NCBI RefSeq assembly: GCF_001447785.1 | Contig: NW_015161962.1 | Span: 206,494-270,493, forward strand | Length of the DNA: 64,000 bases | Reading direction: 5' to 3' | DNA from: Gekko japonicus | Taxonomy: Eukaryota | Part shown: positions 12,794-26,629 of the stretch, one piece after another | How the letters are laid out: the number at the start of each line of letters is the position of its first letter | How positions within the stretch are numbered: position 1 is the stretch's first letter | Notes under the pieces: generated by a model | What the model saw: the letters and a program-made list of their open reading frames with translations, nothing else | Told to the model about the DNA's origin: nothing | Databases searched by the model: none | Made by a program: the position numbers and the translations under genes

Positions 12794-12979
12794 GAGGAGC
12801 CGTGGCTCAGTGGCAGAGCAGCTGCTTGGCACGCAGAGGGTCCCAGGTCCAATCCCTGGCAGCATCTCCAGTTAAAAGGATCAGGTAGTAGGTGAAGTGA
12901 AAGACCTCCACTACCTGAGACCCTGGAGAGCGGCTGCCAGTCTGAGTGGGCAACGCTGACCTTGATGGGCCAGTGAGCA
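12794..12979 (+). mobile_element. tRNA-Ala-like SINE (Squam2-like); other copies ~13397-13545, 22870-23090, 49480-49595
   Basis: Head gccgtggctcagtggcagagc...ggtccaatccctggcagcatctcca with A/B boxes; body shared among copies. Confidence 0.7.
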
Positions 12980-13131
12980 NNNNNNNNNNNNNNNNNNNNN
13001 NNNNNNNNNNNNNNNNNNNNNNNNNNNNNNNNNNNNNNNNNNNNNNNNNNNNNNNNNNNNNNNNNNNNNNNNNNNNNNNNNNNNNNNNNNNNNNNNNNNN
13101 NNNNNNNNNNNNNNNNNNNNNNNNNNNNNNN

Positions 13132-13390
13132 GGTTTATACCCCATGGCCCTTCACTACCCAAAGGTGTCTCAGAGCGGCTTACAAACTCCATTCTCTTCC
13201 CCTCCCCACAACAGACAACCTGGGAGGTCGGTGGGGCTGAGAAAGCTCTTGACAGAAACTGCTCCTTTTCAAGAGCAGCTGTGCCAGAGTTATGGCTTGC
13301 CCAAGGTCATCCAGCCAGGTGCAAGTGGAGGAGTGGGGAATCAAACCCGGTTCTCCCAGATTAGAGTCCGCACACTTCACCACGACACCA
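13132..13390 (-). mobile_element. Squam3-type SINE
   Basis: Family sequence. Confidence 0.8.
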
Positions 13391-14675
13391 GACCGGCCCC
13401 AGGTTCAGTCCTCAGAATTTCCTGTGGAGGACCTGGTAGGAGGTGATGTGGAAGACCTCAGCCTGAGACCCTGGGCTGCCAGTCTGAGTGGGCACTGCTG
13501 ACCTTGATAGACCCAGGGGGGTCTGGTTCAGTAATAAGGCAGCCAAGGCAGCGATTTCTGTGGGAATGGCCACCCTCCCCGGGAAGGAAGAGCCAGGGAA
13601 GGGTTTGCCCCAGGCAGCCCACTGCTGCCTCTGCTCCCATCTGCCCCTCTTCTACCCCCGCAGGGATACCTGCTGTGGGGCGTGGGCTGCCTTCACTGCC
13701 CGCTTGCTGGGCAAAGGGGGCCGGGCCGGATCCAGCAAGGCATGTGCCGACCCAGAGCATGCTGGGTAGGCAAAGAGGCCGGGGGGGGGGCTGGCCGGAG
13801 CGCGAACCCAACCTGCGCTTCGGGGGGGACCAAGGGGACTTCTGCGGAGGCAACCGTAGAGATTGGGGGTGCTGGGGGGAGCTCTCATCCCTGCAAGGGT
13901 TAGGGTTAGGGTTAAACCAGCTCTGGTCACTCAAAAGCGGCCTTCCTACGATGGGAGCGCAGAGAGTTCAAGCTGGCCGTGGCATATTTGGCAAAGAAAG
14001 AACCTCGCCTTCCTCCCAGAGCCATCGTGGGGTTTCCAAAGGGGTCCCCCGCCCAACACAAACTGGGAATCCCACCCCCACCCCCCACAGAGACTCAAAG
14101 AGGGATGGGGCAGGGGGGGAGAAGCCAGCCTCCAGCCCTGTGGAGCCATCCGGCATTTTTACGCCCCCCCCCCCATCGCCATGACTTCCCCTTTCAGGAG
14201 CAAGGGAGGAAGTAAAAAACATAGTTGGGTGGGTGGGGGGGGAAGAGAGCTGCATTTGGTGCTGGAGCCAGAGGAGCGCATTGTTCCCGGGGCCTCTGGA
14301 ATGTGCGAGAAGAAGGCTGGAGGGGGTGGGGGAGAGTTACATAAAACAAGACCCTCCAGATACCAGAGGAAAGACACTTGAACAAAGAAGAGGAGGAGCC
14401 CCCCCCCCAGCTCTGTTCCCAAAAGGTCTTGGCTGCCGAGCCCCCTCACACAAGCCCTGCCTGGCAGGCAGAAGCTCCACGGTGTAACACTCCACCCCCC
14501 CCACCCCCAAATCTGGTGCCATCCAGGGGGACCCACGCCCTCCCTCCACGCCAGACAGAGGGGGCATTGTATGCCCTGCTCCCCTGGAACCCCTTGCTGG
14601 ACCTTCTCTCCTGAGACTGCAGGAACGCCCCTGGTGCCTCAAAGCACCAACCCCACCACCACCACCACCACCACT

Positions 14676-15310
14676 CCATGAAATTGCTGAGCAGTCGGGT
14701 TAGAACGGATAAAAGGAAGTCCTTCTTCACCCAAAGAATCATGAACACGTGGAACTCACTGCCACAGGAGGGGGTGGCAGCTACAAGCACGGACGGCTTC
14801 AAGAGGGAATGAGAGAAGGATCTGGAGCAGAGGTCACTCAGTGGCTCTTAGCCACAAGGTATCGATAGGGACTCTCGGTCTGGGGCAAGGGATGCTCTGT
14901 ATTCTTGGTGCTTGGGGGGGGGGCTTCTAGTGTCCTGGCCCTGCTGCTGGACCTCCTGAGGGCACCTGGTATTTTTGGCCACTGTGTGACACAGAGTGTT
15001 GGACTGGGTGGGCAATTGGCCTGATCCAGCATTGGCTTCTCTTATGTTCTTATGTTAAGAGCAGAGGTCCCTCAGTGGCTCTTAGCCACAGAGGTATAGA
15101 TAGGAACTCTCCATCTGGGGCAAGGGATGCTCTGTGTACTTGGTGCTTGGGGGGGGCAACAGTGGGAGGGGCTTCTGGAGTTCTGGCCCCACTGCTGGAC
15201 CTCCTGAGGGCCCCTGGTGTTTCTGGGCCCCACTGTGTGACAGACGGAGTGTGGGACTGGATGGGCCACTGGCCTGATCCAGCATTGGCCTCTCTCTTAT
15301 GTTCTTGTAT
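14676..15310 (+). mobile_element. CR1 3' end with tandem duplication of its 3'UTR (~14826-15057 / ~15059-15310)
   Basis: Two consecutive copies of 'gagcagaggtc..tcagtggctcttagccaca...tcttatgttctt'. Confidence 0.85.
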
Positions 15311-16447
15311 TCACGCCTACAGTCCAGAGGCCCTCTCTCTGGGCCCCAGCTGCTCCTTGTGAAGGGGACAGGAGAGGGGGGCACCCAAGGCACCCCCTGC
15401 AGGGACATGACCTGCCCCCCTCCTCCGGGAGGGCAAGGAGGAGAGAGCTCCCCCCTTCTCACATGGCCTCCCCCTGCCTTGACTGCTCCACCCAAAGGAC
15501 CTGCCCCCCCCCCCCCGCAGATATGCCAACCCAGCCTGGCAGCTTCCCTGCTTGGCTTTCACAGCCTCCGTTCAGACAAGCGGTCCAGCAAGTCCCGCGC
15601 CCTGTTTCCAGCCGTGGCCAACCAGTTGCCCTGGAAGCCCAGAGGGAGGCGGAGGCTGCCTCCTGGCAGCGGGACCCAGAGGCCAACTGCCCCTGGCGGT
15701 GGAGGCTCCTTTTCATCTCGTGGGTAGTTGGCATGGACGGGCTTACCCCCCCCTCCAAATTAAAGCTGTCCTTATGCTTGTGACCATCACCACCTGGCTG
15801 GGAAATGTCAGGGATTCCTGAATGCGGTGATTTCAGGCCTGGACGCCTGGTTATGGTACCAAAATGGCCGTGGGTGGGCGGCCGATGCCAGGAGACAGGC
15901 GGGAGAGGAGGGCAACCCTGTTAATCCTCGGGCATCTTGTCAGCCTTTGATACTGTCCATCCCAGCTATCGACTCTGGACTGTGTCTCAGGGCCAGGACA
16001 AATTCTGCAGTGGCTCTGGTCCGGTTGGAGGGCAGGCTTCAGGTGATGGTGCTGGGGGGCTACTGCTCAGCCCCTTGGCCCCTGGGTTCCCACCAGGACA
16101 GAAGTGCTCCCGGCGAGCAGAGGATGGAGAAGTGGGCGGCAGCTGGGGCGAGGAGGGGCCTTCATCCGCTTCAACTGGCCGGCCAGCTGCGGCCTTCCCT
16201 GGGCAGAAAAGATCCATCCACTGTGCTACAGGGCCCCCCCCCCCGGTCACATCCAGTTTAGACTCTGCTGCACGGGGCTGCCCTCGAGAACTGCCCAGAA
16301 ATGTCCACCGATACAAGGAGATTCCCAGACATCGTAACTGACTGCACACTGGGACAGGCGGTCGCAGAGCCAGTGATCATCTGATGTCAAAAGAGGGAAT
16401 GTCACAAAAATGAGAGGAATAGTTAAAGGAAACACAAGAGTCAAATC

Positions 16448-16625
16448 CCTTGTTCAGTCGCACAGTCGAGTCCGACTCTCTGCGACACCATGGACCAGAC
16501 CACGCCAGGCCCTCCCTTCTTCCGCCGTCCTCTGACGTTTGCTCAGTTTCATGTTCGTTGCATCTATGACACTGTCCAACCATCTCATCCTTTGCCGTCC
16601 CCGTCTTCTTTGACCTTCAAATCCC
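16448..16625 (-). mobile_element. BovB 3' fragment
   Basis: Reverse of the BovB tail seen at 1620-1760. Confidence 0.8.
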
Positions 16626-16629
16626 TAGA

Positions 16630-17875
16630 GCTATTTAAAACCACCCTCACTGAAGCCCAGATAGAATGAATTCCACAGGTGAGGAAAGGCACTGCCCAAG
16701 TCTAAAAGGTTAACAACGCAAGTCAAGGAAGCTATAAAAAGTAAAGAGGCTTCTTTTAAAAAGTGGAAGGTCTGGCCCAATGAATTGAACAGGAGGGACC
16801 ACCGGCACTGGCAGAAGAAATGTAAGTCAATCATCAGACATGCCAAAAAAGAAAAAAGATTTTGAGAAGCGGGTTGCTAAAAGCATCAAGACAAACAATA
16901 AACATTTGTAAAAATATACACCCAGAACAGGAAACCAGCCAGAGAAGCAGTGGGGCCTTTGGGTGAGCAAGGAATAAAAGGAAGATGGGGAGATGGCAGA
17001 GAAGCTCAAGGACTTTTTGGCTTCTGTGTTCACTGTGGAAAGTGTGGGGCACAGACCCCCAGGCCACAGCCCCTGTTTTCAGGAAGGGAGTCTGAAGAAC
17101 CGAGCCAAATTAAGGTGACCAGAGATGAAATTCTAGACCCACTGGGGAAATTAAAAACCAATAAGTCTCCAGGTCCTGATGGCATATACCGGAGAGTTCT
17201 CAGGGAACTCAGATGTGAGATCGTTGATCGACTAACCCATATATGTAACCTATCACTAAATTCAGCGGCTGTTCCAGAAGACTGGAAAGTAGCAAATGTG
17301 ACACCATTTTTAAAAAGGGATCCAGAGGGGAACCAGAAAATTACAAGCCAGTCGGCCTAACATCTGTCCCAGGAAAATTAGTAGAAACTGTAATCAAGAC
17401 AGAATTGTTAGGAACATAGAGGGACAAAGCCTGCTCAGGGAAAATCAGCATGGCTTCTGCAAAGGGAAGTCCTGCCTCACCAAGCTTTTGGAATTTTTTG
17501 AGAAAGTGAACAAGAATGTAGACATCATATCCCTGGACTTCCAAATGGCTCTTGACAGGGTACCTCACCAAAGACTCCCGAGTCAACTGAGCAGTCATGG
17601 GATAAGAGGATGGGTGTTCTTATGGGTTAAAAACCGGTTAAACGACAGGAAGCGAAGAGTAGGAAGAAACGGACAGTTATCACGATGGAGGAAAGTCAGC
17701 AGTGGGGTCCCACAAGGATCCGTCCTGGGGCCGGTACTGTTTGATTGATTCATAAATGATCCGTGACTGGGGGGGGGGGTGAGTGGTGGAATGGCCAAGT
17801 TTGCAGATGACACCACATTATTCCGGGTGGTGAAGACCAAGGCTGACTGCGGAGAGCTCCAAGAGGACCTCCACG
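16630..17875 (+). mobile_element. CR1 LINE ORF2 (RT) fragment, degenerate
   Basis: 'KSPGPDGIY.RVLREL','PEDWKVANVTP','LDFQMALDRVPHQRL','SGVPQGSVLGPVLF','KFADDT'; 3' part resumes ~18675-18945. Confidence 0.92.
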
Positions 17876-18141
17876 ATTGGATTCATACCCTGCCCTTCAC
17901 TACCCAAGGGAGTCTCAGAGTGGCTTACAAACTCCTTTCCCTTCCACTCCCCACAACAGACACCCTGTGAGGTGGGTGGGGCTGAGAGAGCTCTTGACAG
18001 AAACTGCTCTTTTTCAAGAACAGCTCTTATCAGAACTACGGCTTGCCCAAGGTCATCCAGCAGGTGCGAGAGGAGGAGTGGGGAATCAAACCCGGTTCTC
18101 CCAGATTAGAGTCCGCGCACTTAACCACTACACCAAATGGC
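17876..18141 (-). mobile_element. Squam3-type SINE
   Basis: Family sequence. Confidence 0.8.
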
Positions 18142-18390
18142 TTCATTTGTGGAGCTGACCCTCACGGGAGGCAGCGATGGCCCTAAAGGGGGATTAGACA
18201 AATTGGCAATGGAAGAGAAGTCTGTCCAAGGCACTGGCAATCAAATGGAACCTTCTGAAGGTGCCAACGGCAAAGGGGTAAGATCCGCAGGTGCCCGGCG
18301 GGACCAGAAAGGCTCCCACACTTCTAGCACTCCGCAGCATGTGCAAAACAGAACAGGAGAGCGTCTTGATAAAGGAACCAAAACTGCACT

Positions 18391-18670
18391 AGAAGGAGAG
18401 GAGATTGGATTTATACCCCTCCCTTCACTACCCAAGGGAGTCCAAGAGTGGCTCACAAACTCCTTTCCCTCCCCCTCCCCACAACAGACACCCTGTGAGG
18501 TGGGTGGGGGCTGAGAGAGCTCTTGACAGAAACTGCTCTTTTTTAAGGACAGCTCTTGTCAGAACTATGGCTTGCCCAAGGTCACACCAGCAGGTGCAAG
18601 TGGAGGAGTGGGGAATCAAACCCGGTTCTCCCAAATCAGAGTCCGCACACTTAACCACTACACCAAACTG
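18391..18670 (-). mobile_element. Squam3-type SINE
   Basis: Family sequence. Confidence 0.8.
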
Positions 18671-21600
18671 ACTCTAGTGATGGCCACATGCATAGATAGC
18701 TTCAAAAGGGGATGAGACCGATCCCTGGAGGATAAATCTATCAAGGGCTTCTAGCCATAGTGACTGAAAGGAACCTCCATATTCAGAGGCACGAGGAATC
18801 CCAGAGCTGGGAAGCAACATCAGGGGAAGGTCTCAGCCTCTCTGCTGTGTTGTCAGCCCTCCAGAGGAACGGTCTGGCCAGTGCGTGCGGTCACAGTGTG
18901 ATGCTGGACTGGATGGACCACTGCTCTGACCCAGCAAGGCTCTGAAGCTTTGAACCAGGACACCGCCTGGAGTGGGCATCAGGCCAGTTGTTCGACCTGC
19001 AGCTGCTTCCAATTTGCTTCCGGCCCCCATCCAAGTCCCCGGCGTTGACCTCTGTATGGCTTAGCAAACTGAAGGTCTGTCTACTGCCCCCTGAACCTCC
19101 CCATGCCCTCCTATCTTCTTCGGAGGCCCACCTGAGATGAAACGGCTGCAGCCTGAAAAAGGGGCTTTTCGGTTGTGGCAGCAAAACCTGGCCCCACCCG
19201 AGGTTTGCCCTGTCTCCTTCCATCCTTGCCTTCTGCCAGCGGCTAGAGGCTTTTCTGTTGCATTTGGCCTCCTTCCCTCACCAGTCCTCTTAGGCCTCCT
19301 CCCTGTGTGTTTCCATTATTTTTTATTTTTAAATGTTTTATGTGTGCGTAAATTGGGTGGGAAGGCAGCACAGGAGTGTTCTAAATGAGTAAGAAATGCA
19401 TCAACGGACAGTAAATTCCACAGATGAATTTTGTTGTTCAGCGACCCCGTGGACCACATCACGCCAGGCCCTCCTGTCTGCCGTGTCCTGCTCCGGAGCT
19501 TTGAATTACTCCGTTGAATTACTCATTGAGTAAAGAACTATTTCCTTTTGCCTGTCGGGAATTTTCTTCCCCACAACTTCGCTGGATGCCCTAGAGTCCC
19601 ACCATCATGGGGGAGGGAGAAAACATACCCTTCTAGCCCCCTTTCTGCATTCCATGCATAGCTGACCATGTGTGTGTGTCCCCATCCCCCCCCCTTGGCA
19701 GTCTTTTCCTCCTCTACAGACTCCCCAGCTTTTTCTCGCAAGGAGCACCAACCCCTTGACCATCCCGGCTGCCCTCTTCTGTACCTTGCCCAGCCCGGCA
19801 ACGTTCTTTTCCAGGTATGGCGACCAGAACTGCCTGTGGTGTGTTTTTCTAACGCAGTGCCCACACCCGGCCTCCTGCTCCCACTCAGCCCATGAGGAAT
19901 GGCAGGCGGGGGGAGGGGGAGGGCAACCTGTGGAAGGACAAGAAAAGGACTCGGGTCCACATCCAGGGGCACCTGGGAGACTAGCTGGGTTCCCAGGGCC
20001 TCTGAGCGCCTTTCATCAGATGAAATACTTGTACTGGCCGGCAGTGTTCCCCCTAAGCTGAGTCAGTGTGAGCCTGCTCATGGTTTTTTAGCCTCCGGCT
20101 CACCCACTTTTGTCTCAGCTCAGGAAGGGTGGGGCTCCAGAGCAGACTCATTTATGCAGCGGCCAAATTGCTGGCTCTCAGCTTCAATGCCAGTCGCTCA
20201 GAGAGTAGAATTCTTGCTCACGAGACTCCACAGCTCAGAGGGAGCCTCTTGCCTGGCAGGGTGGCCCAGGAGAGGGTGGGAGGATCCGGCTGTCACAGGG
20301 CTGTGTCCAAGGGGGGGGGGGGGCGCCAGAGCTTCAACCCGCACACTCCCCGAGCACGGGGACCCTTGTCGAAGTTGCAGGGGAGGGACCGCCTCTCCCT
20401 CATCAGCTGGGCACATTGACAGGAGACTTGCCTGCCCCCAAACTGCCCGCCTGCCGAGTGCTGGCCTTCCGCATGGCCCTTGCGATCCCGGGAGTAGGGC
20501 TCGAGACTTCTGTACCATGCCTGGGGTCCTCCTGCGGCCAACATACCAGGCCAGGACACCCCTCTCCTCTCACCCCACCCCACCCCAGGGGCAGAGAGGC
20601 CCAGATGGGAGAGTCCAGGGAACGGCTTCCAGCTGGAAGCTGCCCGAGCAAGAAGGGGTCCCATGCGTTCCTCGGGGTCCCACATTGCCCGTGTGACTGA
20701 CCTGGGGCAGGTGCTCCCAGAGGCTTACCGGGCAACCTTCCGGAGGAGCTGCCCCCTCCGTGCCCAGAACTGCCCTGCTCCTGGGACCTGGCCCGGAGGC
20801 CTCGACGACTGGCCTTCTGCAGGTCTCCGGGGAGTCAGCGCCACGTCACGTAAAGGAGTCGTCCGGCCATCCTCTGCCCAGCTCTGGAAAGTGGAGCCAT
20901 TCCTCAGAGGGAGCGCCTACATCCCGTGGGCCCTGGCGGCCCTTAAAATGACTGCGTGGGCGAGGGTTCAGTAGAAGGAGGAAAGGGACTGGTTCAGGGC
21001 TGTGGACGAATGAAGCGCAACAGAGCAAAGGCATCTAGGAGCCACTTCGAGCCCAACGTCGCCTGGCGCCCCCCCCCCCGAAATCGCGGTCCGTGTCCAG
21101 GGCCACTAAGTCACTGAGGACGGAGGGGGCGGGGGAGTGAGGAGGGTGCCCCCCCATGCCCAACAAGGCACCGTTGTGCAAAACGCTCCCAACCCCCCTC
21201 TCCCCCCAAAACACAGCTGCTCCCCAAGCTTTTGCCAAGCAGCCCCAGACACAACACAGTCCTCACCTTCCCTACCTCAGCAGGGGAAACAAACGGCTCT
21301 GGGGGTACGTAAAAACGAGGAGCCCCCCACCCACCACCTTCCCGGTGGGGTCTGCTGGCAGTGTGTCCCTCTCCAAGACCCCCACCCCACCTGCTGGGAA
21401 TCAGAGGACCCACCAAAAAGCTGCCAACCGGGCTTGCAGTGCCCCCCAGTGGCTGTGGACAACCGTGCACGCACTGGCCTGTCGGTCCAAACCTCACCCT
21501 TTCCTCTCTGGGGCTGCTTCTTGCAAGGGGGCCTGAGTTGGAGGCTGACCCCCCCCTCCAGTGCCCCCCTCACCGAAAACAGTCTAGCTGCGGGACTAAG

Positions 21601-24014
21601 AACCAAAACATTTGGGCTCACCTGGCGCCCCCGGCCTCCCTCCCGCCACACCGACTCGCCCCGAGGAAAGGATCCAAAGCAACAAGTGGGTGGAATGCTC
21701 ATTTCTTTTAAAAAACAAACACACGCGGGGCACCGTTGACAAGCCCCCTTGCAACCGCCAACATGGACACGACAGTGAATGCTCAGAAATTGAATGGGAA
21801 AAGCCACCAAACCTCTGGGAGCTGTGCAAGGCCTCTTATTTCCTGCATTGGTGGCCAAGACCTGGGTTCAAGTCCAGCAGCACCTTAGAGAACAAGAAGA
21901 GTTTTTGACAGTCAAAAAGCTCTCTTTGGTCAAACAGGCAGGTCGGGAGCGTTTCCTTCCTCTCTCTTAAGAAAATCTTCAGCATATCTGCAAGGATTCT
22001 GCTGGGAACCCACTTCTCTGCGTGCTGCTCAGGAACACGCTTCCAGGCCCACGTCCAGCTTGCCTTGCACAACACAGCTCGCCCGGCCCTGGGACCGTTC
22101 TTGACACAAGAAGGAAAGACGGTGTCAGCCCCACAAGGTCTTGAATGGGAATGTGTGTAGGCGGGCCCAGCGAAGGGTCTGGACCGAGGCCCAGTCGAGC
22201 GGGGAAAGAACTTCCCACGAAACATTCTGCCAACACTGTCCCGGGCGCATCTGTTGCTGCTGCTCCCTCGCAACGAGCCTCCACCATTTCCACACCAGAC
22301 TCGTGAGGTCTGCACACGCTCCTTCGGCCCACACACCAGAAACTCCCTTCCCGTTCTATTGCTTGGTGCTTGCAAACTGGCTACAGCAGGCTGCCCTAGC
22401 CCAGATTCCGGCATTTATCATTATTTCCGGCATAAAAATTCCATCAAGTGTGTGTGTGTGTGTGTGTATTTGTTTGCTGTTCCGGGGGGGGGGGGGGTGG
22501 AGAAGAGAGAAGATCCAGAGCAGCTGTTTCCAGGGAGAGGCTGACTCACTGGCTCCGGTTCCGGATTGCCTTGGCATGGAGACGGGGGAGGGGCCAGGCA
22601 TCTGCGCACCGGGTCACCCGGGGCTCGGAGTGCAGGCTGGCCTCTCCCCCCCCCGCCCCATGCATCACAGGGAGCTCCTCCCAGAGCAAGAGCGCTGCCG
22701 GCAGGGCATGAGACGCCAGCTGCCGGGGAGCCAATCCTGGGAGCAGCCACCTGGACAACACCCGCCGAGGCAGGCTTGGCCCCCGCCCCCCGCCAAGATG
22801 GCTGCTCTCCTGGCACTCCTGATATGCAAAACAAAGTGGGGCCACGGCTGGGCTTTCCCGGTGCCAGGGAGGGGCCACGGCTCAGGGGGGGGGGAAGAGC
22901 CTCTGCTTGGCATGCAGAAGGTCCCAGGTTCCGTCCCCGGCGGCATCTCCACAGTGGAAGGGACCAGGCGGGAGGGGGAGGGGAGGGGGAGGACCTCCGC
23001 CCGGGCCGAGATCCTGGAGAGGCACGGCCAGTCTGGGCAGACAGAATGAGCCCTCGGGGGTTCGGTTCAGCCTAAGGCAGCTTCATGGGTCCGCGGCCCC
23101 CATCACCGCAAGACCGCCCCACGGACCCCTCCCCCCCACACACACCCGACACCACGGGGAGAGTCAGGTGGGCCAGAGCAGCTCCCTTGACCGTGGCCCA
23201 GAGGCAGCAGGGAAGGCTCATCGGGTCCCTCCCTGCAAGAAGACCTGCGCCACGGAAGAGGCACCCCCCCCCCGGCACCACCTAGCGCCCACCCTCCTGG
23301 GCCCGTGGCGGAGACCCACTCAGCTCAGCAACAGGCGCTCTTGATGCAAGCTGCACTTGTCACTTTAAAGCCTGGTATCTTTACCCCTATTTTGTCACAC
23401 ACACACACACACACACACACCCTGTCGCTCCTGTGACCCACGAGCAAGTCAAGCAGGCCTCCCCGCTGGACTCCCTCCTCAGCAGGGACACGGAGGAGGG
23501 GGTGGGGATGGCATCGGGGGCAAAGGCAAGGGCAGGAGGAAGAACCCGGAACGGAGACCCTGGCCCGGCCTCCCGCTGGCACGCTGGGCTTGGGCTGGGC
23601 CGGAACGCCTGGCCTGGGCCGCACGCACGGCGCCTCACTCCCGCCAAGGAAAGATGCCAATCCCGGCGTGCCACTGTCTGACGCTGTCGTAGAGGTAGAG
23701 AAATCTCTGGGGCCCCCGCCGGGAAGGAGGAGCAGCCAGCTGCGGGAATGCTGAGTCAGTCACGCAGAAAAGAGGCACCCACCCGGCCTCCGAGGAACGA
23801 GACTTGTAAGGCCTGAACTGGAAAATGATGTAATGGACACCGCCCCCCTCCCCAGAAGCCCGTCTTCACGCAACTCCCCCTACCCGCCCCATGTCACCTC
23901 TTCCCACCTCCCCCTCCCCCACGGGCCCAGCGGAGCCACTCTCCTGGGGGGGAGGCGGCAGCTCCAGCTCTGGAAGTCGAGGGCGGCCAAGGCGTGCGCC
24001 AGCAGCCGGAAGAA

Positions 24015-24128
24015 TCAGTCCTGCCCTGGACACGAGGCCAAGTGCTGCTCCCAGTCGGCTTCAACCACTTTGTACAGCTCCATCGTGGCCCGGGCGTCCT
24101 CCACCGAAGAGTGGCCGTTCTGGCCGAC
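24015..24128 (-). CDS. ISG20L2: ISG20L2 last coding exon (DEDDh exonuclease ExoIII motif)
   Basis: cag|[30 protein letters not shown]...TGA; 114 nt, phase 0. Confidence 0.93.
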   Translation of the reverse strand, partial: VGQNGHSSVEDARATMELYKVVEADWEQHLASCPGQD

Positions 24129-24763
24129 CTGCAGGTGAAATGGGAAAGGCGGCCTGAAGGTAGAGGACTCACCGGGGCCCGCTCCCCAGGAACCCCTCCC
24201 CACTCCAGACCCCCCCCCCCGTGTTTTTTTCCCCCCATCCCTCCGAGGAGCTCAGAGTGGCATTCCACCCCGGTTCATTCTCACAAGGGCGCTGGGAGGC
24301 TGTTTAGGCTGAGGGAGGGTGACCCAAGTGAGCGTCACCGGCAGAGGAGGGATTTGAATCCAGGGTCAGGAAGCAAGCTTTAATCCAGGCCAGTTTGGCC
24401 GGACATCCTGGATGGGTTTTTCTTGTCCTCTTCTGGGCGAGGATCAGGGGTCACTGGGTGTGTGTGTGTGTGTGGAGGGGGGAGGCAGTTGTGAATTCCC
24501 TGCATTGTGCAGGGGGGGTTGGACTCGATGACCCTGGAGGTACCTTCCAACTCTGTGATTCTATCCACTAGACTCTCTCCTGCTGGGGATACAAATGCCC
24601 TCAGCAAGGCGACCAATTCGGCTTTCCATAAAATGGATTTAGAAGACGTGGCTCTGAGCAAGGAAACAAGAGACACGATCCCCAGAATGTGACGCCAGCG
24701 GGGTGGTCCTGAAGGCAAAAGGAAGCTGCCCGTGTTATCACCGAGTTATGACTGGATCGTGAT

Positions 24764-24964
24764 CAATGCTCCCGCTAAGCTGTGGAGAGTCTTGCGAGCA
24801 AACTTTGTGAGCTACTGGCATTAAAGCTGTGAGCGAGCGATTCAGCTACGGCTTAAATTAGTTTGCTCTGGAGCCCTCCTTCCAGAGCTAAGACAAAAAT
24901 GTGTGAGCCAGAGGCTAAAAAACTGTGAGTTAGCTCACACTAACTCAGCTTAGAGGGAACACTG
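24764..24964. mobile_element. ~200-bp hAT-type MITE (other copies ~20042-20250, 30740-30875, 38120-38315, 48466-48650)
   Basis: TIRs caatgctcccgctaagctg / cagcttagagggaacactg; degenerate 8-bp TSDs (clearest at 38112-38119 / 38316-38323). Confidence 0.75.
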
Positions 24965-25651
24965 GTTGTGGTTTATTCTCACTGCCTCCTTGCAAAGGAA
25001 GTCATTGATATGCCCACTGATGGGAGAGGAAGGGAGATGGGGAAAATGACCTCAGAGAGACAACAACCCCCCCGCCACCAACCAAGAGCACACCAACCCA
25101 GAGCAGCACTCTTTGTGGTGCTAGGCGCCCCCTCTTGTCTTTCTCTCTTTCTCCTCCCTGTCTCCCTTCCTCCTTTATCAGCTGGTGAAGTTCCCCTTTA
25201 TGACAGCTTTGCTCATGAGAGCAGGGCCTTCTGCGGGGCCACCCTGCAAATGGGCAAAATCGACACCTGCCCACATGCGGTGCCTTCTCCGTTGTGGCCC
25301 CCCACCTTACGGAATGGCCTCTCTGAGGAGGACCAGACGGCTCCCCCTCCCCTGGCTCTCTGCAAACTATGCAAAACTGAGCTATGCTAGAGGGCTTTTC
25401 GATTCCGGTAACAGCACTGCACCCTACAAAATGGTTCACAAAGTCAGTCGCATAAATGAATAAAGACGATTATAAAATCAATAAAAATATCTCACCATAC
25501 CCCACACCCCTTTAACACAAAACGGCAGTTTGGGATAAACACAAGAAGACCCCCCTGAAAGCCCACCAGCCCGGTCCCTCCAAAGGGACTAGGAGCTCAC
25601 CGGCAGCAGCCAGGCTCTTACCTGGGCGCCCTCTCTGACCGCCCGGCTTAC

Positions 25652-25852
25652 CTGGATGTCTCTGTGGAGGAGCTGCTTGGTGAGGCGCTTCAGCGAGGCC
25701 GACTCGTTCTCTGGGAAGCCGGCCTTGCGGTTGAGGAGGGGGATCTTCGAAGTATCCCTGGTTGCTGATTTGGGGTGGAAGTATTTGAGGGCCTTGAAGT
25801 CATTGTGGATGGCATGACCGATGACGATCTTCCCAGACAGGATCTTCATGAT
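25652..25852 (-). CDS. ISG20L2: ISG20L2 middle coding exon (ExoII motif)
   Basis: cag|[56 protein letters not shown]|gtaag; 201 nt. Confidence 0.95.
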
Positions 25853-26629
25853 CTGAAAGAGACGCAGAGGAACCCTCCTCACTCCATGGCCAGGGACAAA
25901 GGGAAGAGGCGACAGACCTCGCCCCCCCCCCCCAGCCATACAAAGCCTGCTTTGGCGGGGAATACATCAAATGAAATAAATAAAACCTCAGACATTGCTC
26001 CGCGGCCTAGACTCTGACCCCGGCCTGCGCACCACCACCACCATCACCAACTGCTGCCTGGTTACATGACCTCTTCCTGGGGCGGACTCCGTGGCTGCCC
26101 CAGGCCCCTTCCATTCCTTGGCAGATGGACTGGACCAAGTGCCAACTGCCTCTGGTCTAGGAACTTGAGCCCCAGCAAGGCCTGGCAAGACTGGAGCAAC
26201 AACCATGCCTTTAAAAATCAAGCCGTTACCCTAAATCTAGACGGGGAAGGCCTTGCACAATGCCTTTCTGCTGAGAGACAGGCAGCAACGTCATCCCCAG
26301 AAAGGCAACGGAGATGCTCCTGGGGCTACCAGGCACAGAGGGACAGTACCAGAGCACTCCCCGCCCCCTCGAGCCCTGATTGACAACTGAGCTGAACGTC
26401 TGCCCTAGGAGCCGACTGGCAAAGGCAGCTCTCTTCCCGAGATGGGGGTAGCCTCTCCTGGCACACCAGCAGGCCTCAAGATATCCAGCATCTCTGGTAC
26501 TGGAACGGAAACATTCCCACAAAGGCTTCTTGACCTAGAATTTCATGTTAAATCCTTTGCAGCCTTATTTTTCTCCTCAGGACAAACTAAACCTTCCCCA
26601 TCCAGGAAGGGAAAATGGCCAGTTACTTC

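Noticed and set aside
13896-13915. Interstitial telomeric repeat (TTAGGG)
   Set aside because: Only ~3 units; not significant.
1763-23900. CRABP2 or other coding exons
   Set aside because: No matching peptide on either strand; could lie in the 2923-3871 gap or outside the window.
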